From positions 96,001 to 160,000 of the forward strand of contig OZ254086.1 in NCBI GenBank assembly GCA_965267575.1: DNA of 64,000 nucleotides. Direction: 5' to 3'. This DNA comes from Calditrichales bacterium (lineage in GTDB: Bacteria; Calditrichota; Calditrichia; Calditrichales; J004). The notes under the pieces were generated by a model that saw only the letters and a program-made list of their open reading frames with translations, ran no database searches and was not told where the DNA came from. The stretch's first letter is position 1. Every line of letters starts with the position of its first letter. Both the position numbers and the translations under genes were made by a program. Positions 28,761 to 39,040 of the stretch are shown here, piece after piece.

Positions 28761-30566
28761 TCACCTCAACCCAGGATCGTCCTTTAACGCGTCCTGCAGA
28801 ACGTTTTGCGCGTCCTGTGTGCGGCGCATGCTAAACAGAAACTGCGCCAGGATATATTTGGCCCGGCCACGCTGCTTTTGCGTCATCTCCGGAGCAACGA
28901 TTGCTTTTTGGATGGTGTTAACAGCGTCCACAAATTTGCCTCTGTTCCATTGGGCTACAGCCATATCCTGAAAAATCAGGCCCTGGTCCGGTGTTAAATC
29001 GAGCATGCGCGAGGCGGTTTGTTCCACCCGGCTCCAGTTTTCCTCTTCCCGGTAGCAGTCGAGCAGCTTGCGCAATGGCTCAATCCTGTCATCATAAACC
29101 CGGCTTACCGCTTGGTATTCGGCACAGGCCAGCGCTTCAGCGCCTCTCGCGGCATAGGCATCTGCCATAAAATAGTGGCTCTTAACCCAGTTGTGATGTT
29201 CAAAAATAAAGCGGCGTGCTTCTTCAGCTGCCAGTGAATCGGCGTAAGGTTGATAGGCACGGGGCTTGCTGCCGGCCGGCCGGAAAGGTGGACGCTGCTT
29301 CAGGCGGTGAACACGCAGCAAACCGATTTCATGATCGACGGGTGTGACGTACAAGGCGGAATCGAGTACGGCGCGCGTGTCTGCCGATGCGCTGATCCAT
29401 TGGTACCGGTGTATCTTTTCATAAAAGGCGCGCGCCATCAAATAATAACCATGAATATTAGGGTGTAAATGATCGCAGAAAAGATCATCACCTGCTACAC
29501 CAACACGGCTTTCAGCTGAAAAAACGCTGTCCATTGCCACAACGGGCAGCGCATTGGCCAAAGCCAGTTCTTTCACTATCTCATTTAACTCTCCGGCTGC
29601 CCGAAAGCGCACCAGATCGTAATCCCTGGCTTGCTCCAAAAAGCTCCGCGAAGCAGCCACATCTCCCTGGAAAGCCAGTTCCCTGCCCTGCAGCCACAAG
29701 TCAAAAGCACTGATACTGTCGCCGCCGTTAAACCAGCTTCCGTCAAAGGGCCGCTGATCCAGCATATTGCTGACGAGCGTGGAAATAACAATCCGGCTGT
29801 TGTTCTCCTTAAAAACATCAATGATGTCCTGCAGATTATCGCGGTAGGCGGAATGCGTTCTGTGAAAAATATCCGAACCGAAGGGAATACTGGCATCGGC
29901 AATCACCTGCTCCATCAGGGTCATATCTCCTTCAGGGCCGCGTTTTTCGCCGCCGCCAAGAATACGATCGAACATATTAACGAGGTGCCAGCTTTTGGCC
30001 TTTAAAACCAGCCTTGTAAGCCATGGAAAGCTGCCGCCGGCAATGGAAGATGCGCTGCCGTAAGCGCCATAAAATTCATTGTGCCCCATGTAGATCAGCA
30101 CGATGTCGGGATTGGCCTTTTCAGCAATCTCTTCCGCCCAGTCCCAGACGGTGAAACTGTTTACCGCCGATAGCCCCAGGTTGATCACCTCAAAATCAAA
30201 ACCCGGATGCAAGTCTTGCAAAAGAAAGCGCAGCTGCTCCGGAAAAGTGGCGTTATACTCAAAAGGAAATCCGGCCGTGGTGGAGCCGCCCAGGCAAACA
30301 ATGCGTATGGTATTGCGTGATTTTTTAACGGGGAATGTTTGCGGATAGAGCCGCGGCATGCTGGCGTCTGAGGCGCTGAAATAGCGCTGAGCGGCGTCAG
30401 GATTAACCTGGTAGTGGGCGACGCCGTTTTGCGTTGCGGGCAAAAACAGCGCTACCGGCGTGAAGGCATCTGACAAGCGCAGAATAGTTTCCACAGCCGC
30501 CAGAACCAAAAACGGCAACAGTAAGGCCGTCATCCGGAAAAGGTATTTTTTGACGTTTGAAGTCAT
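28761..30566 (-). CDS. SGNH/GDSL-like hydrolase with C-terminal TPR repeats
   Basis: N-terminal TM, CLGGSTTAG, YMGHNE, DHLHPN, TPR-like helices. Confidence 0.8.
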   Translation of the reverse strand: MTSNVKKYLFRMTALLLPFLVLAAVETILRLSDAFTPVALFLPATQNGVAHYQVNPDAAQRYFSASDASMPRLYPQTFPVKKSRNTIRIVCLGGSTTAGFPFEYNATFPEQLRFLLQDLHPGFDFEVINLGLSAVNSFTVWDWAEEIAEKANPDIVLIYMGHNEFYGAYGSASSIAGGSFPWLTRLVLKAKSWHLVNMFDRILGGGEKRGPEGDMTLMEQVIADASIPFGSDIFHRTHSAYRDNLQDIIDVFKENNSRIVISTLVSNMLDQRPFDGSWFNGGDSISAFDLWLQGRELAFQGDVAASRSFLEQARDYDLVRFRAAGELNEIVKELALANALPVVAMDSVFSAESRVGVAGDDLFCDHLHPNIHGYYLMARAFYEKIHRYQWISASADTRAVLDSALYVTPVDHEIGLLRVHRLKQRPPFRPAGSKPRAYQPYADSLAAEEARRFIFEHHNWVKSHYFMADAYAARGAEALACAEYQAVSRVYDDRIEPLRKLLDCYREEENWSRVEQTASRMLDLTPDQGLIFQDMAVAQWNRGKFVDAVNTIQKAIVAPEMTQKQRGRAKYILAQFLFSMRRTQDAQNVLQDALKDDPGLR

Positions 30567-31114
30567 TAAATCTTATCGCCAAGGATTTCTTTGCGTGGGC
30601 TTGGGATAACTACTTTGCTCACCAGCAGTCCTTTGCTTTTGATGTAATCCGCTCCCGCTTCAACCGCCGCAGTAACGGCTGCCACATCACCGGTGAGCGT
30701 CAGATAGCCTTTACCGCCAATGGCCATGGCCAGGTGGATCTCCATAAGCTGTACGTTGGCTGCTTTCACCGCCGCGTCGGCCGCTTCGATGATCGATGCC
30801 ACCGAGAATGTCTCAATTATGCCGAGTGCACCCGTCTCCTCAATAACGCGGGTGCCGCTGATGGCCGGGAAAACGTCGGGATGCACATTGGGAATGATCA
30901 GATCATCAACGCCGGTTTCGCCCGCTATTTCCAGACCCGCCGCCATACTGCTTTTTACGGCATCAATGTCTCCGGCAATCATTACCATAAACTTGCCCGG
31001 ACAAATGGTGCGGTTTGTTAAAATCTGAACTTCTGCTGTCTTCAGCAGCGTATCGGCCACCTCAAATCCTTTGGCAATACTGGTTAATTCGATCATTCCT
31101 ATGGCTGTTATCAT
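30566..31114 (-). CDS. Tandem BMC-domain shell protein (PduT-like)
   Basis: Two BMC domains: AIGMIELTSIAKG..TICPGK and ALGIIETFSVASIIEAADAAVKAA..GGKG. Confidence 0.9.
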   Translation of the reverse strand: MITAIGMIELTSIAKGFEVADTLLKTAEVQILTNRTICPGKFMVMIAGDIDAVKSSMAAGLEIAGETGVDDLIIPNVHPDVFPAISGTRVIEETGALGIIETFSVASIIEAADAAVKAANVQLMEIHLAMAIGGKGYLTLTGDVAAVTAAVEAGADYIKSKGLLVSKVVIPSPRKEILGDKI

Positions 31115-31193
31115 TTTTTAAATATCCTGTAAAGTTTTTGCTATCTCATTTATTCAATTTTGTTTTGGCGTATAAAAGAAGGATCTACAGAAT

Positions 31194-31297
31194 TGTCATT
31201 CCCGCGCAGGCGGGAATCCAGGATGAGATGCTTTATTCATAAAACTCGTATTCCTTTACCAAAGGCGCAATGGATTCCCACTTTCGTGGGAATAACA
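31194..31297. repeat. Inverted REP-like pair (GTCATTCCCGCGCAGGCGGGAATCCA ... TGGATTCCCACTTTCGTGGGAATAAC)
   Basis: Two self-palindromic arms that are imperfect reverse complements of each other, intergenic. Confidence 0.8.
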
Positions 31298-31350
31298 ATA
31301 AAGCTGCTTGTTGCAACAACATTGCTCTTTCCATGCCTTTTAACAGGGAA

Positions 31351-32688
31351 TCACGTTTCAATCAAAATCGATTCGCCTGTGGCCTGCACTGTGCCGTCGA
31401 TGCTGGCGTGCAGGGTTATGCTAAAAGCTCCGTTGGCCGGACGCGCAATGACATCTCCGCGCCTTACTTTATCTCCTTTGTTAACTACAACCTGCGGCAG
31501 TGCGCCGATATGCTGCCTTAATGGTATTTCCACCCGCGACGGTTTGAACGGTTCTTCCAGGACAAGCGCCCTGCCCTTGTAGACATTCAGCCCCAAACGC
31601 TGCGCCAGCCGGGCCGTTGGTACATTGCGGTAATCTTTCAGCGGATGCGGCTCAGTGGTCAGTTCCTGCAGTTGCTGCGGGGAAAGCCAGCGATCTTCAT
31701 TGCGCAGATCGCGCTTTGTGGTGGCGCAGATATTTCGCGGATCCAGCTCTTCCGGGCAGGCCCACAGCGAACAGATATTGCACTCGCAGCAGGCCTGTGC
31801 CCAGTGCGTCAGTGTTTTACTCATCTCACCGGTGGTAAGCAGCGAGCGCATTACCAGGTGCGGCTTGATCGGATAACCCATCAGGTAGCGCGGGCACATT
31901 TCGGTACACAAGCTGCACTGATCGCACACGGACTTGCCCACCCGGCGGTAGGCTTTTTCCGGCTGCGACTTGCGCACGGCAACATGCGACTCACGCGGGA
32001 CCACGATAAAGCCGGCGGAAGTGCGGGTAACGGGCGTATTCAGATCATCCACTACTTTGCCCATCATCGGGCCGCCATCCAGCAACACATAATCATCAAT
32101 TGTGGCGCCGCCCGCTTCCGCAAGTACGTCTTTGTACGGCGTCCCTACGGGAAACCACCCTACGATCGGCTGCTTCACCGCGCCATGGGCCGATATCATG
32201 CTGTTCAGAACGGGTCTGCCCAGCGTGGCCTGGTGTATGTTGTAGAAGGTTTCCACGTTCTGCACCACGATGCCGATCTCATGCGGGTAACCACCGGCGG
32301 GAATCCGTTTTCCCGTGCCGTGAAAGACTACTTCGTACTCATCACCGGCGGGATAGACATCTTCCATTTCAAACAGGCGGATATCATCAGGCAGGTGTTC
32401 GCGCACGGCGGCTACGGCCGTTTTGTTTTTGCCCTTAATGGCAAACAGCCCCTTGCCGGCGCCCGTATGTTTCATAACAGCGCGCATACCGGCCACAATT
32501 TCACGGGGATAGCGCTCCATCAACGTCACGTCTTTGAAGAGCAGCGGCTCGCACTCGGCGCCGTTGGCAATCACGGTATCTACTTTTACATCGATTTTTT
32601 TCCAGGTCGGGAAACCGGCGCCTCCGGCACCGACAACGCCTGCATCGCGCACTATTTCAACCAGATCTCGCGGCATGTGATCATCCAT
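31351..32688 (-). CDS. PduS-like RnfC-family flavin/Fe-S protein
   Basis: AGVVGAGGAGFPT, NGAECEPLL, YPAGDE, GGPMMG, CDQCSLCTEMCPR, C-terminal IPLRQHIG..HASIDG domain; upstream of a PduT-like gene. Confidence 0.85.
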   Translation of the reverse strand: MDDHMPRDLVEIVRDAGVVGAGGAGFPTWKKIDVKVDTVIANGAECEPLLFKDVTLMERYPREIVAGMRAVMKHTGAGKGLFAIKGKNKTAVAAVREHLPDDIRLFEMEDVYPAGDEYEVVFHGTGKRIPAGGYPHEIGIVVQNVETFYNIHQATLGRPVLNSMISAHGAVKQPIVGWFPVGTPYKDVLAEAGGATIDDYVLLDGGPMMGKVVDDLNTPVTRTSAGFIVVPRESHVAVRKSQPEKAYRRVGKSVCDQCSLCTEMCPRYLMGYPIKPHLVMRSLLTTGEMSKTLTHWAQACCECNICSLWACPEELDPRNICATTKRDLRNEDRWLSPQQLQELTTEPHPLKDYRNVPTARLAQRLGLNVYKGRALVLEEPFKPSRVEIPLRQHIGALPQVVVNKGDKVRRGDVIARPANGAFSITLHASIDGTVQATGESILIET

Positions 32689-32843
32689 AAGTAAAAACGA
32701 ACAATGTTTAATTATACAATTCTTTCAGCTATTTTTCATCTTTATCCGGTATGCAGCCGGGACTATTTTTTGCAGATAATCTTTGTCATTCTGATTATCT
32801 TTGATCCATCACTAAACACTGCACTATCTGAAAAGAAAGCCTT

Positions 32844-34649
32844 ATGCGAACACTCTATTCCGTTTTCATAACATTGTTCCTGGTTGTCAAATTATTGCCC
32901 GGCGCTGCCCCGGACAGTTCCAAGATTGGTCCGGGCGTGGTTTTTTACCATGATTACAGGGCCGAAGGACCGTGGCACATCTACATCACGAAAGTAGATT
33001 TAAGCGAGCGCTGGATCGACGTAATCGCGCATAAAGCACATGGTGAGCTAAACGGCCGCTTGCCCGTAAGTGAACAGATGGCTGAAGCAGACAACGACTC
33101 CATCCGCGTTGTGGCGGCTATAAATGGCGATTTCTATGAAGCCGACGGCAGCCCTACGGGTATCCACGTGCAAAACGGTAACATACTCTCAAAGCCAACA
33201 GGACGATCCGTGTTTTTCCTGGACGAAAATGAAGACCCGCATATAGAAGTGCTGGAATTCCCCTATTCATACCGTGTCATTCACGCCATCGGCGGAGGCC
33301 CCCGGATTGTGCGCGACGGGCAGGTAAGCGTAGAAAACAAAGTGGAAAGCATCGGTGACAGTTTCGCAACGGCCCGGCACCCGCGCACGGCGCTGGGGTT
33401 TTCGGCCGACTCAACTACGCTGTTCTTGTTTGCCGTGGATGGCCGTCAGCCCGGTTACAGCGTAGGCATGTCGCTGTATGAGCTGGCCGGCTATATGCTG
33501 AAGTGGGGCATCTGGCAGGGCATGAATCTCGATGGCGGCGGTTCCACAACCATGGTCATCGGCGATAATGTGGCCAACCGCCCCTCCGACGCGACCGGGG
33601 AACGTCCCGTTTCCAACAGCCTGATGGTCATCAGCAAAGCACCGCAAAGCGCGCCGGTAGAAATCGATCTAATGGCGGATTCGCTGGTGGTTTTAACTGC
33701 TTCCGAAACGGTATTGAATTATCACGCGCGGGACCGCTACTACAACCCGGTTGTACCGCACGAAATAACCTGGAACGTTTCCGGCAGTGAAGCAGGAAAA
33801 ATCGACACCTACGGCACATTCCGGTCGGTGGCGCAGGAAGCCGAAGGCTGGATTTACGTTGAAACTGCCCGTCTCCGGGATTCCATGTATGTTGAAGTGC
33901 TGAAACCGGACAGTCTCTATTTCGCAAAACCGGCCATGCGCCTTATGCCGGGGGAGCAACAGCCGCTGCAGCTTTTCGCTACGGATAAAAAAGGAAATGT
34001 CTACAAACTTGACGCTGCCCGGATTACATTCAAAAAAGAAACCGATTTATTAACTGTTTCCGGCGATACATTAACGGCGGCGCAAGCCGGCCGGACGAAC
34101 CTTTCTGCACATTATCAGGGTCTGAGTGCCAAACTTAATGTGAAAATCACCGAGCCTTTGGCACAGCAGATTGCGGGTTTTGCGGACACATCAAACTACA
34201 GCAGCGGCGGCCTATATGTGGAAAGTAAGCGGCTTTTGCCGGATGCGGTAAATGGCAGGGAGGCGCTGTCCCTTGAGTACGCGCTTACAGGCGGTGGCAC
34301 AAGCGCGCTTTACCTGGAATGCGCTTTTGAGCTGCCGGGTGTGGTAAAGCGATTGTTCATGAATGTATATGGGGATGGTCGCGGCCATTGGCTGCGCAGC
34401 GAGTTTGAAGATGCCGACGGCGAGACTTTTATCGCCAACTGGACGGCGGAAAGCGGCGTTACATGGGAAGGCTGGCGGGAACTTATGCTAAGCCATGGAG
34501 AAATTCAGCCGCACTGGCGTAACATTACAGCTACGCTGGACTGGCCGTTGAAGCTTACAAGAATCTATCTTGTGGAGAGGGATCCTGAAAAAAAAGGCAG
34601 CGGTCGATTGCTGTTTTCGAACCTGAAAGCATTTTACCTAAACCCGTAG
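32844..34649 (+). CDS. Phosphodiester glycosidase (NAGPA) family secreted protein
   Basis: Signal peptide, AAINGDF, RHPRTALG, VDGR, NLDGGGST, NRPSD. Confidence 0.85.
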   Translation: MRTLYSVFITLFLVVKLLPGAAPDSSKIGPGVVFYHDYRAEGPWHIYITKVDLSERWIDVIAHKAHGELNGRLPVSEQMAEADNDSIRVVAAINGDFYEADGSPTGIHVQNGNILSKPTGRSVFFLDENEDPHIEVLEFPYSYRVIHAIGGGPRIVRDGQVSVENKVESIGDSFATARHPRTALGFSADSTTLFLFAVDGRQPGYSVGMSLYELAGYMLKWGIWQGMNLDGGGSTTMVIGDNVANRPSDATGERPVSNSLMVISKAPQSAPVEIDLMADSLVVLTASETVLNYHARDRYYNPVVPHEITWNVSGSEAGKIDTYGTFRSVAQEAEGWIYVETARLRDSMYVEVLKPDSLYFAKPAMRLMPGEQQPLQLFATDKKGNVYKLDAARITFKKETDLLTVSGDTLTAAQAGRTNLSAHYQGLSAKLNVKITEPLAQQIAGFADTSNYSSGGLYVESKRLLPDAVNGREALSLEYALTGGGTSALYLECAFELPGVVKRLFMNVYGDGRGHWLRSEFEDADGETFIANWTAESGVTWEGWRELMLSHGEIQPHWRNITATLDWPLKLTRIYLVERDPEKKGSGRLLFSNLKAFYLNP

Positions 34650-34811
34650 TCACGTTTTGGGCTTGTTTTCTTCATCATCACGATCTTCCGGGCGCACATA
34701 ATCTTCCGGATGTTCTTCCATCTTTCTGAATTCATCGATGGTTAAGGCGGCGCCGATCGCCAGCAGTAAAAATACGAAAATACCTACTATTAAAATGGTG
34801 CTTTGGTCCAT
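34650..34811 (-). CDS. Small single-pass membrane protein (53 aa, not in ORF track)
   Basis: MDQSTILIVGIFVFLLLAIGAALTIDEFRKMEEHPEDY...; GGAGG RBS. Confidence 0.7.
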   Translation of the reverse strand: MDQSTILIVGIFVFLLLAIGAALTIDEFRKMEEHPEDYVRPEDRDDEENKPKT

Positions 34812-34844
34812 GCTATCCTCCAGTTGTCCTGATAGTTTTCCTGT

Positions 34845-35123
34845 TTACCGTTGATGCTTTTTGGACCGGGAACTCATCATCCGGAAATACAAACCCAGGG
34901 CGAGATTGGAAGGTACCCAGATACCCACAAACGTTCCGAACTCTTTATTCACAAAAAACCACAGATAATTGGCAAAAATAAAGGAAATGATGGCAGCGGC
35001 GAGAAAAAAGTAATCCGATTTGCGGAAATGCTTTAGGCGCACTTCACGCAGGGTAAAGCTAATACCGCCCACCAGAAAAATGAAGCTTATCAATCCGAAT
35101 AATAATACAGTTGTCTGACTCAT
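34845..35123 (-). CDS. Small membrane protein (92 aa)
   Basis: Three hydrophobic segments, GAGGGG RBS, similarity to both neighbours. Confidence 0.75.
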   Translation of the reverse strand: MSQTTVLLFGLISFIFLVGGISFTLREVRLKHFRKSDYFFLAAAIISFIFANYLWFFVNKEFGTFVGIWVPSNLALGLYFRMMSSRSKKHQR

Positions 35124-35138
35124 TGTTTTCCCCTCTTT

Positions 35139-35309
35139 TTATTGTTCCGAACGCAGTCTCTTAAAGTAGACCGCGAGAATGAGATTGGAGGGTACCCACG
35201 TCATAACAAAAAAAGCGGTTTTGATATCTCCCGTAAAAAAGAGATAATTTGTAAAAATAAAGGCAACCGCTGCCGCAAAAAGAAAAAATACATCTGCTCT
35301 GTTAATCAT
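35139..35309 (-). CDS. Small membrane protein (56 aa)
   Basis: MINRADVFFLFAAAVAFIF...WVPSNL; GAGG RBS. Confidence 0.7.
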   Translation of the reverse strand: MINRADVFFLFAAAVAFIFTNYLFFTGDIKTAFFVMTWVPSNLILAVYFKRLRSEQ

Positions 35310-35548
35310 AACTGCCTCTCTGTTTTTACAGACTAGACTCAATGAAAATATTGCTGATATTCGAAGGCCGAAGAATTAATCCTGTGAACAAATCGATAAA
35401 ATAGTAATGAAATACGTTTTCCGTCGCAAATATAAGAGGGATTTTATAAGCCATTTAACACCCGGACATTGGAAGCTTATTCCATCCTATTTCAAGGGAG
35501 ATACTTTCAAAAAGGTTGTTTGCCAGCCGTCCGCGTTTGCAGATGTCT

Positions 35549-36004
35549 TTAGCGGCGCCGGTCCGTATTGGCTAGAAATTTATCCAACTGATCGGCGAAT
35601 TTCTTGCGATCGCTTTTTTGCATGGCGGCGGGGCCACCTGTCTCCACACCTCCGGCCCGCAAGGACTCCATAAAATCCCGAATGCTCAGGCGCTCCCTGA
35701 TGGAATCGGCCTCAAAAAATTCTCCCCTGGGGCTCAGGGCGTGTCCGCCCTTTGCGATGACTTCGGCTGCCAAAGGAATATCAGCGGTAATAACCAGATC
35801 GCCTTTTTCCATGGCTCGCGCGATTTCGTTATCCGCCACGTCCATTCCCGGGCGCACCAGAACAAAGCGGATATTTTCTGCTTTTGGCGTATGCATGGGT
35901 TGGTTGGCAACAAATGTCATGCGGCCGTTTATGCGATTTGCCGCCTTAAACAGAATATTTTTTATAACAACCGGACAGGCATCGGCATCTACCCAGATAT
36001 TCAT
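35549..36004 (-). CDS. yaiI: YaiI/YqxD family protein
   Basis: IWVDADACPV, DLVITADIPLA, GG.ALSPRG. Confidence 0.9.
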   Translation of the reverse strand: MNIWVDADACPVVIKNILFKAANRINGRMTFVANQPMHTPKAENIRFVLVRPGMDVADNEIARAMEKGDLVITADIPLAAEVIAKGGHALSPRGEFFEADSIRERLSIRDFMESLRAGGVETGGPAAMQKSDRKKFADQLDKFLANTDRRR

Positions 36005-37020
36005 CGGTCGGCCTTAAGCATCTGCCGTTTAATGCGCTTTACAAGCATGGGCCCGTCATAAATAAGTCCCGTGTAAATCTGGATGAGATCGGCCCCGCCA
36101 TTTATCTTTTGCAAAGCATCCGCGGCGTCCATAATACCGCCTGCCCCGATGAGCGGGAAACCGTTGGGGAGGTTTTTTCTGAGTTGACGTACAATCTCGT
36201 TGGCGTGTTTTTTTAGCGGAGCGCCACTCAGGCCACCGGCGCCAATGGCCTGCACTTTTTGTTGAGAGCTAAACAAGGCGTCACGGGAAACCGTTGTATT
36301 GGTGGCCACAATTCCGTCCAGTTTGACTTCACCGGCAATAGCCACAATGTCATCAAGCTGCGCTTCATTCAGGTCCGGAGCAATTTTTAGCAGAAGCGGC
36401 TTGCGGCGCGTTTTTGACGCATTGCGATCCTGAAGGGTAGACAGCAGCTTTTTGAGCGGTTCCTTGTCCTGCAATTCGCGCAGACCGGGCGTATTGGGGG
36501 AGCTGACGTTGACTACAAAATAATCCACATAATCGTGCAGCCGGTCCAGGCAAACCAGGTAATCATCCACGGCTTTTTCATTGGGTGTGGTTTTGTTTTT
36601 GCCGATATTCCCACCGATAATCACAGCACTTTTGCGCGCGCAAATATTTTTTACTACCGCATCAACACCGGCATTATTAAAGCCCATGCGGTTGATGATG
36701 GCGCGGTCCCGCGGCAGGCGGAAAAGTCTTGGCCGCGGATTGCCCGGCTGCGGGCGGGGTGTTACCGTTCCAATCTCAATAAAGCCAAATCCCAGCGCGG
36801 CAAAAGCGTCGATATGGGCCGCGTTTTTGTCAAAACCGGCCGCCAGGCCAACGGGATTGGGAAAATCGATTCCCATTATGTTTTTGCTTAAAGCGGAGTC
36901 ACTTTGGGCCGCTAGGGCGGCCAGTGCCGGTTTGCTCCAATCCATCATCTTCATAACAACATTGTGCACCCGTTCGGGATCAAAGCGAAAAAAGATCGGG
37001 CGGATCAGAGATTTATACAT
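36001..37020 (-). CDS. pyrD: Quinone-dependent dihydroorotate dehydrogenase
   Basis: NPVGLAAGFDK, NRMGFNN, NVSSPNTPGLR, KIAPD, GGLSG. Confidence 0.96.
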   Translation of the reverse strand: MYKSLIRPIFFRFDPERVHNVVMKMMDWSKPALAALAAQSDSALSKNIMGIDFPNPVGLAAGFDKNAAHIDAFAALGFGFIEIGTVTPRPQPGNPRPRLFRLPRDRAIINRMGFNNAGVDAVVKNICARKSAVIIGGNIGKNKTTPNEKAVDDYLVCLDRLHDYVDYFVVNVSSPNTPGLRELQDKEPLKKLLSTLQDRNASKTRRKPLLLKIAPDLNEAQLDDIVAIAGEVKLDGIVATNTTVSRDALFSSQQKVQAIGAGGLSGAPLKKHANEIVRQLRKNLPNGFPLIGAGGIMDAADALQKINGGADLIQIYTGLIYDGPMLVKRIKRQMLKADR

Positions 37021-37129
37021 GGCAGGCTTTTATATGTTATTAAACCACCCAAAGTTAGCATATGCTGATTTAAGGTGCGAAATCTTTTGAGCAGATTCGG
37101 AAATGATAAAGTCAGAAGAAAGATAACAA

Positions 37130-37543
37130 TCATAAACGATAAAGCATGAGGTATATGATCACACCTGTTACGGAGACATACATCCAAACAGGCCATACCC
37201 AGCGCACGATTTTACGGTGCTTATCAAATTTTTCACGCAGGGCAAAGGCCACAGCAATGATAATAAAAGGCGTCATAATACCGGCCAGAATAATATGCGG
37301 GACGAGAATAATGAAGTAAACAGGCCTGGTCCAGTCATAATGGGGATATGGCACCGATCCAACGTAGTAATGGTAAATAAGATAACTGGTAAGAAACAGG
37401 GCCGATGTTAGCAATGCGGCAATCATGAACTTTTTATGTTTTTCACGATTGCCTTTTTTAATCTGGATAAAACCAAGGACTAAAAAAACAGTCGCTATTC
37501 CATTTAGAATGGCATTGAGCGAGGAAAGATCGGTCACGCTCAT
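37130..37543 (-). CDS. DUF420 membrane protein
   Basis: LNAILN, HKKFM, FLTSYLIYH, WMYVSVTGV; oxidase cluster context. Confidence 0.85.
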   Translation of the reverse strand: MSVTDLSSLNAILNGIATVFLVLGFIQIKKGNREKHKKFMIAALLTSALFLTSYLIYHYYVGSVPYPHYDWTRPVYFIILVPHIILAGIMTPFIIIAVAFALREKFDKHRKIVRWVWPVWMYVSVTGVIIYLMLYRL

Positions 37544-38130
37544 GAGCTTTGCCTGAGAAGCGCATTGATATGGGTTTTTAAAACACTGAGGCTGATATCG
37601 TCGTCGCTGCTGTAGTAGCCGCGGATGAAGCCGTCACGATCCACCAGTACAAATTTTAGGCTATGCCCGTAAGGCAAATCGCCGCCCAGCTTAAAGCCCT
37701 GCTCGTAAAGCTGCTGCGTTTCCGTCGAATCGTTGCGAACGAATTTCCAGCGCCTGTCATAAATACCGTATTCTTCAGCGTAGGCTTCCAGCGCCGCCAG
37801 CGAATCGCGTGCCGGATCGATACTGACACTTAAAAAACGCACCTGCGGATGCTCCTCGTAGTGCTCATAAAATTCGGACATGCGTCGCGTCATCATCGGG
37901 CAAATGCCGGGACAATTGGTAAAGATAAAATCCACGATGGTTATGTTTCCCAAAAGGCTGTCACGCGAGACAGTTGTACCGTCGAAATTGGAGAATGCAA
38001 ACTGCGGCACTTCATATAGCCGAGGGATGTCCTGGCTGGAATCCTGAGCCAGGTTAATAATGCGCCAGCCACCATAAATAACCAAAATAAGCAGTGCGGC
38101 CAGCGGGACAAGTATCTTAAACTTCTTCAT
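37540..38130 (-). CDS. SCO family copper chaperone
   Basis: FIFTNCPGICP, SIDPARD, conserved His (GHS). Confidence 0.9.
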   Translation of the reverse strand: MKKFKILVPLAALLILVIYGGWRIINLAQDSSQDIPRLYEVPQFAFSNFDGTTVSRDSLLGNITIVDFIFTNCPGICPMMTRRMSEFYEHYEEHPQVRFLSVSIDPARDSLAALEAYAEEYGIYDRRWKFVRNDSTETQQLYEQGFKLGGDLPYGHSLKFVLVDRDGFIRGYYSSDDDISLSVLKTHINALLRQSS

Positions 38131-39037
38131 TTTTTGTAAATCCTGTTGCGTTAAAAATTATTAAAACTGTTGACAGAATAAATGTTGATATCCAAAGGTG
38201 TAGCACCTGTATCAATGGCGCCAGTGCCACGGATGACATAATCACGCCCAGAACAATCTGTCCAAATGAGGCCGACAAAGCCACTATAAACAACCAGCCG
38301 GGCACGTGATCCATTTTGCGCAAAGCCCAGAAGGCGAAGACGATCACAGCCAGGCTGATCAGGAAACCGAGGACGGCGTGCACATTAAAGGTAACTCCCA
38401 AACGTTGCACAAGCATGGAAACTTCCATCAAAGGGCTGCGGTCTACGAGCATTTTGAGTTCGCTGCGTATTTGTGTTCCGGTAATAATTTGCAGTGCCAG
38501 AAAGGCAATCAGCACGGCGGCCAGCCATTTAATATTAGTATGTATGTTGCTTTTGGTGTAGCCTTTATAAACAAAATAGCTGCGTTGCGTGATCCACAAT
38601 AAAAGCGAGAAGATCAGCAGGGCCAAAACAAGATGCACCGTGATCATGTAAGGCGCCAGCGCCGAGCTTACCACCACACTGCCCTGCCAGCCCTGAAATG
38701 CCACCATGAACAACGCCAGCACCGAAGAGACAACAATTGATGGATAGTTCCGCATGCGCAGGACGGCCATTACCGCTGTCGCCAAAATAAGCATGCCGAC
38801 AAAAACGCCCACCAGGCGGTTGCCATACTCTATCCAGGCCAGGGTAAAATTAAAAAGATTGGGATCGAAGTCAGGTGGTAACTGCTCTACGGATGTGGGC
38901 GGGATCCAGCGGCCAAAGCACTTGGGCCAGTCCGGACAACCAAGCCCTGCGCCGCTTACGCGTACAAGCCCGCCGATAAAAATCAAAAAGTAGGTAGCAG
39001 ATGTGGCCGCAAAGGCCATCTTCCAAAAGCGTTTCAT
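38117..39037 (-). CDS. ctaA: Heme A synthase (COX15/CtaA)
   Basis: GAGLGCPDWPKC, WIEYGNR, multiple TMs. Confidence 0.88.
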   Translation of the reverse strand: MKRFWKMAFAATSATYFLIFIGGLVRVSGAGLGCPDWPKCFGRWIPPTSVEQLPPDFDPNLFNFTLAWIEYGNRLVGVFVGMLILATAVMAVLRMRNYPSIVVSSVLALFMVAFQGWQGSVVVSSALAPYMITVHLVLALLIFSLLLWITQRSYFVYKGYTKSNIHTNIKWLAAVLIAFLALQIITGTQIRSELKMLVDRSPLMEVSMLVQRLGVTFNVHAVLGFLISLAVIVFAFWALRKMDHVPGWLFIVALSASFGQIVLGVIMSSVALAPLIQVLHLWISTFILSTVLIIFNATGFTKNEEV

Positions 39038-39040
39038 TAT

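Noticed and set aside
31160-31582. ORFs across the REP-like pair (SFPRRRES / VIPAQAGI peptides)
   Set aside because: Translations of the palindromic repeat, not genes; the same applies to short ORFs at 57838-58180, 58661-58846 and 61419-61752
31351-32688. Second rnfC
   Set aside because: Circularly permuted domain order and adjacency to a BMC-T gene fit PduS better
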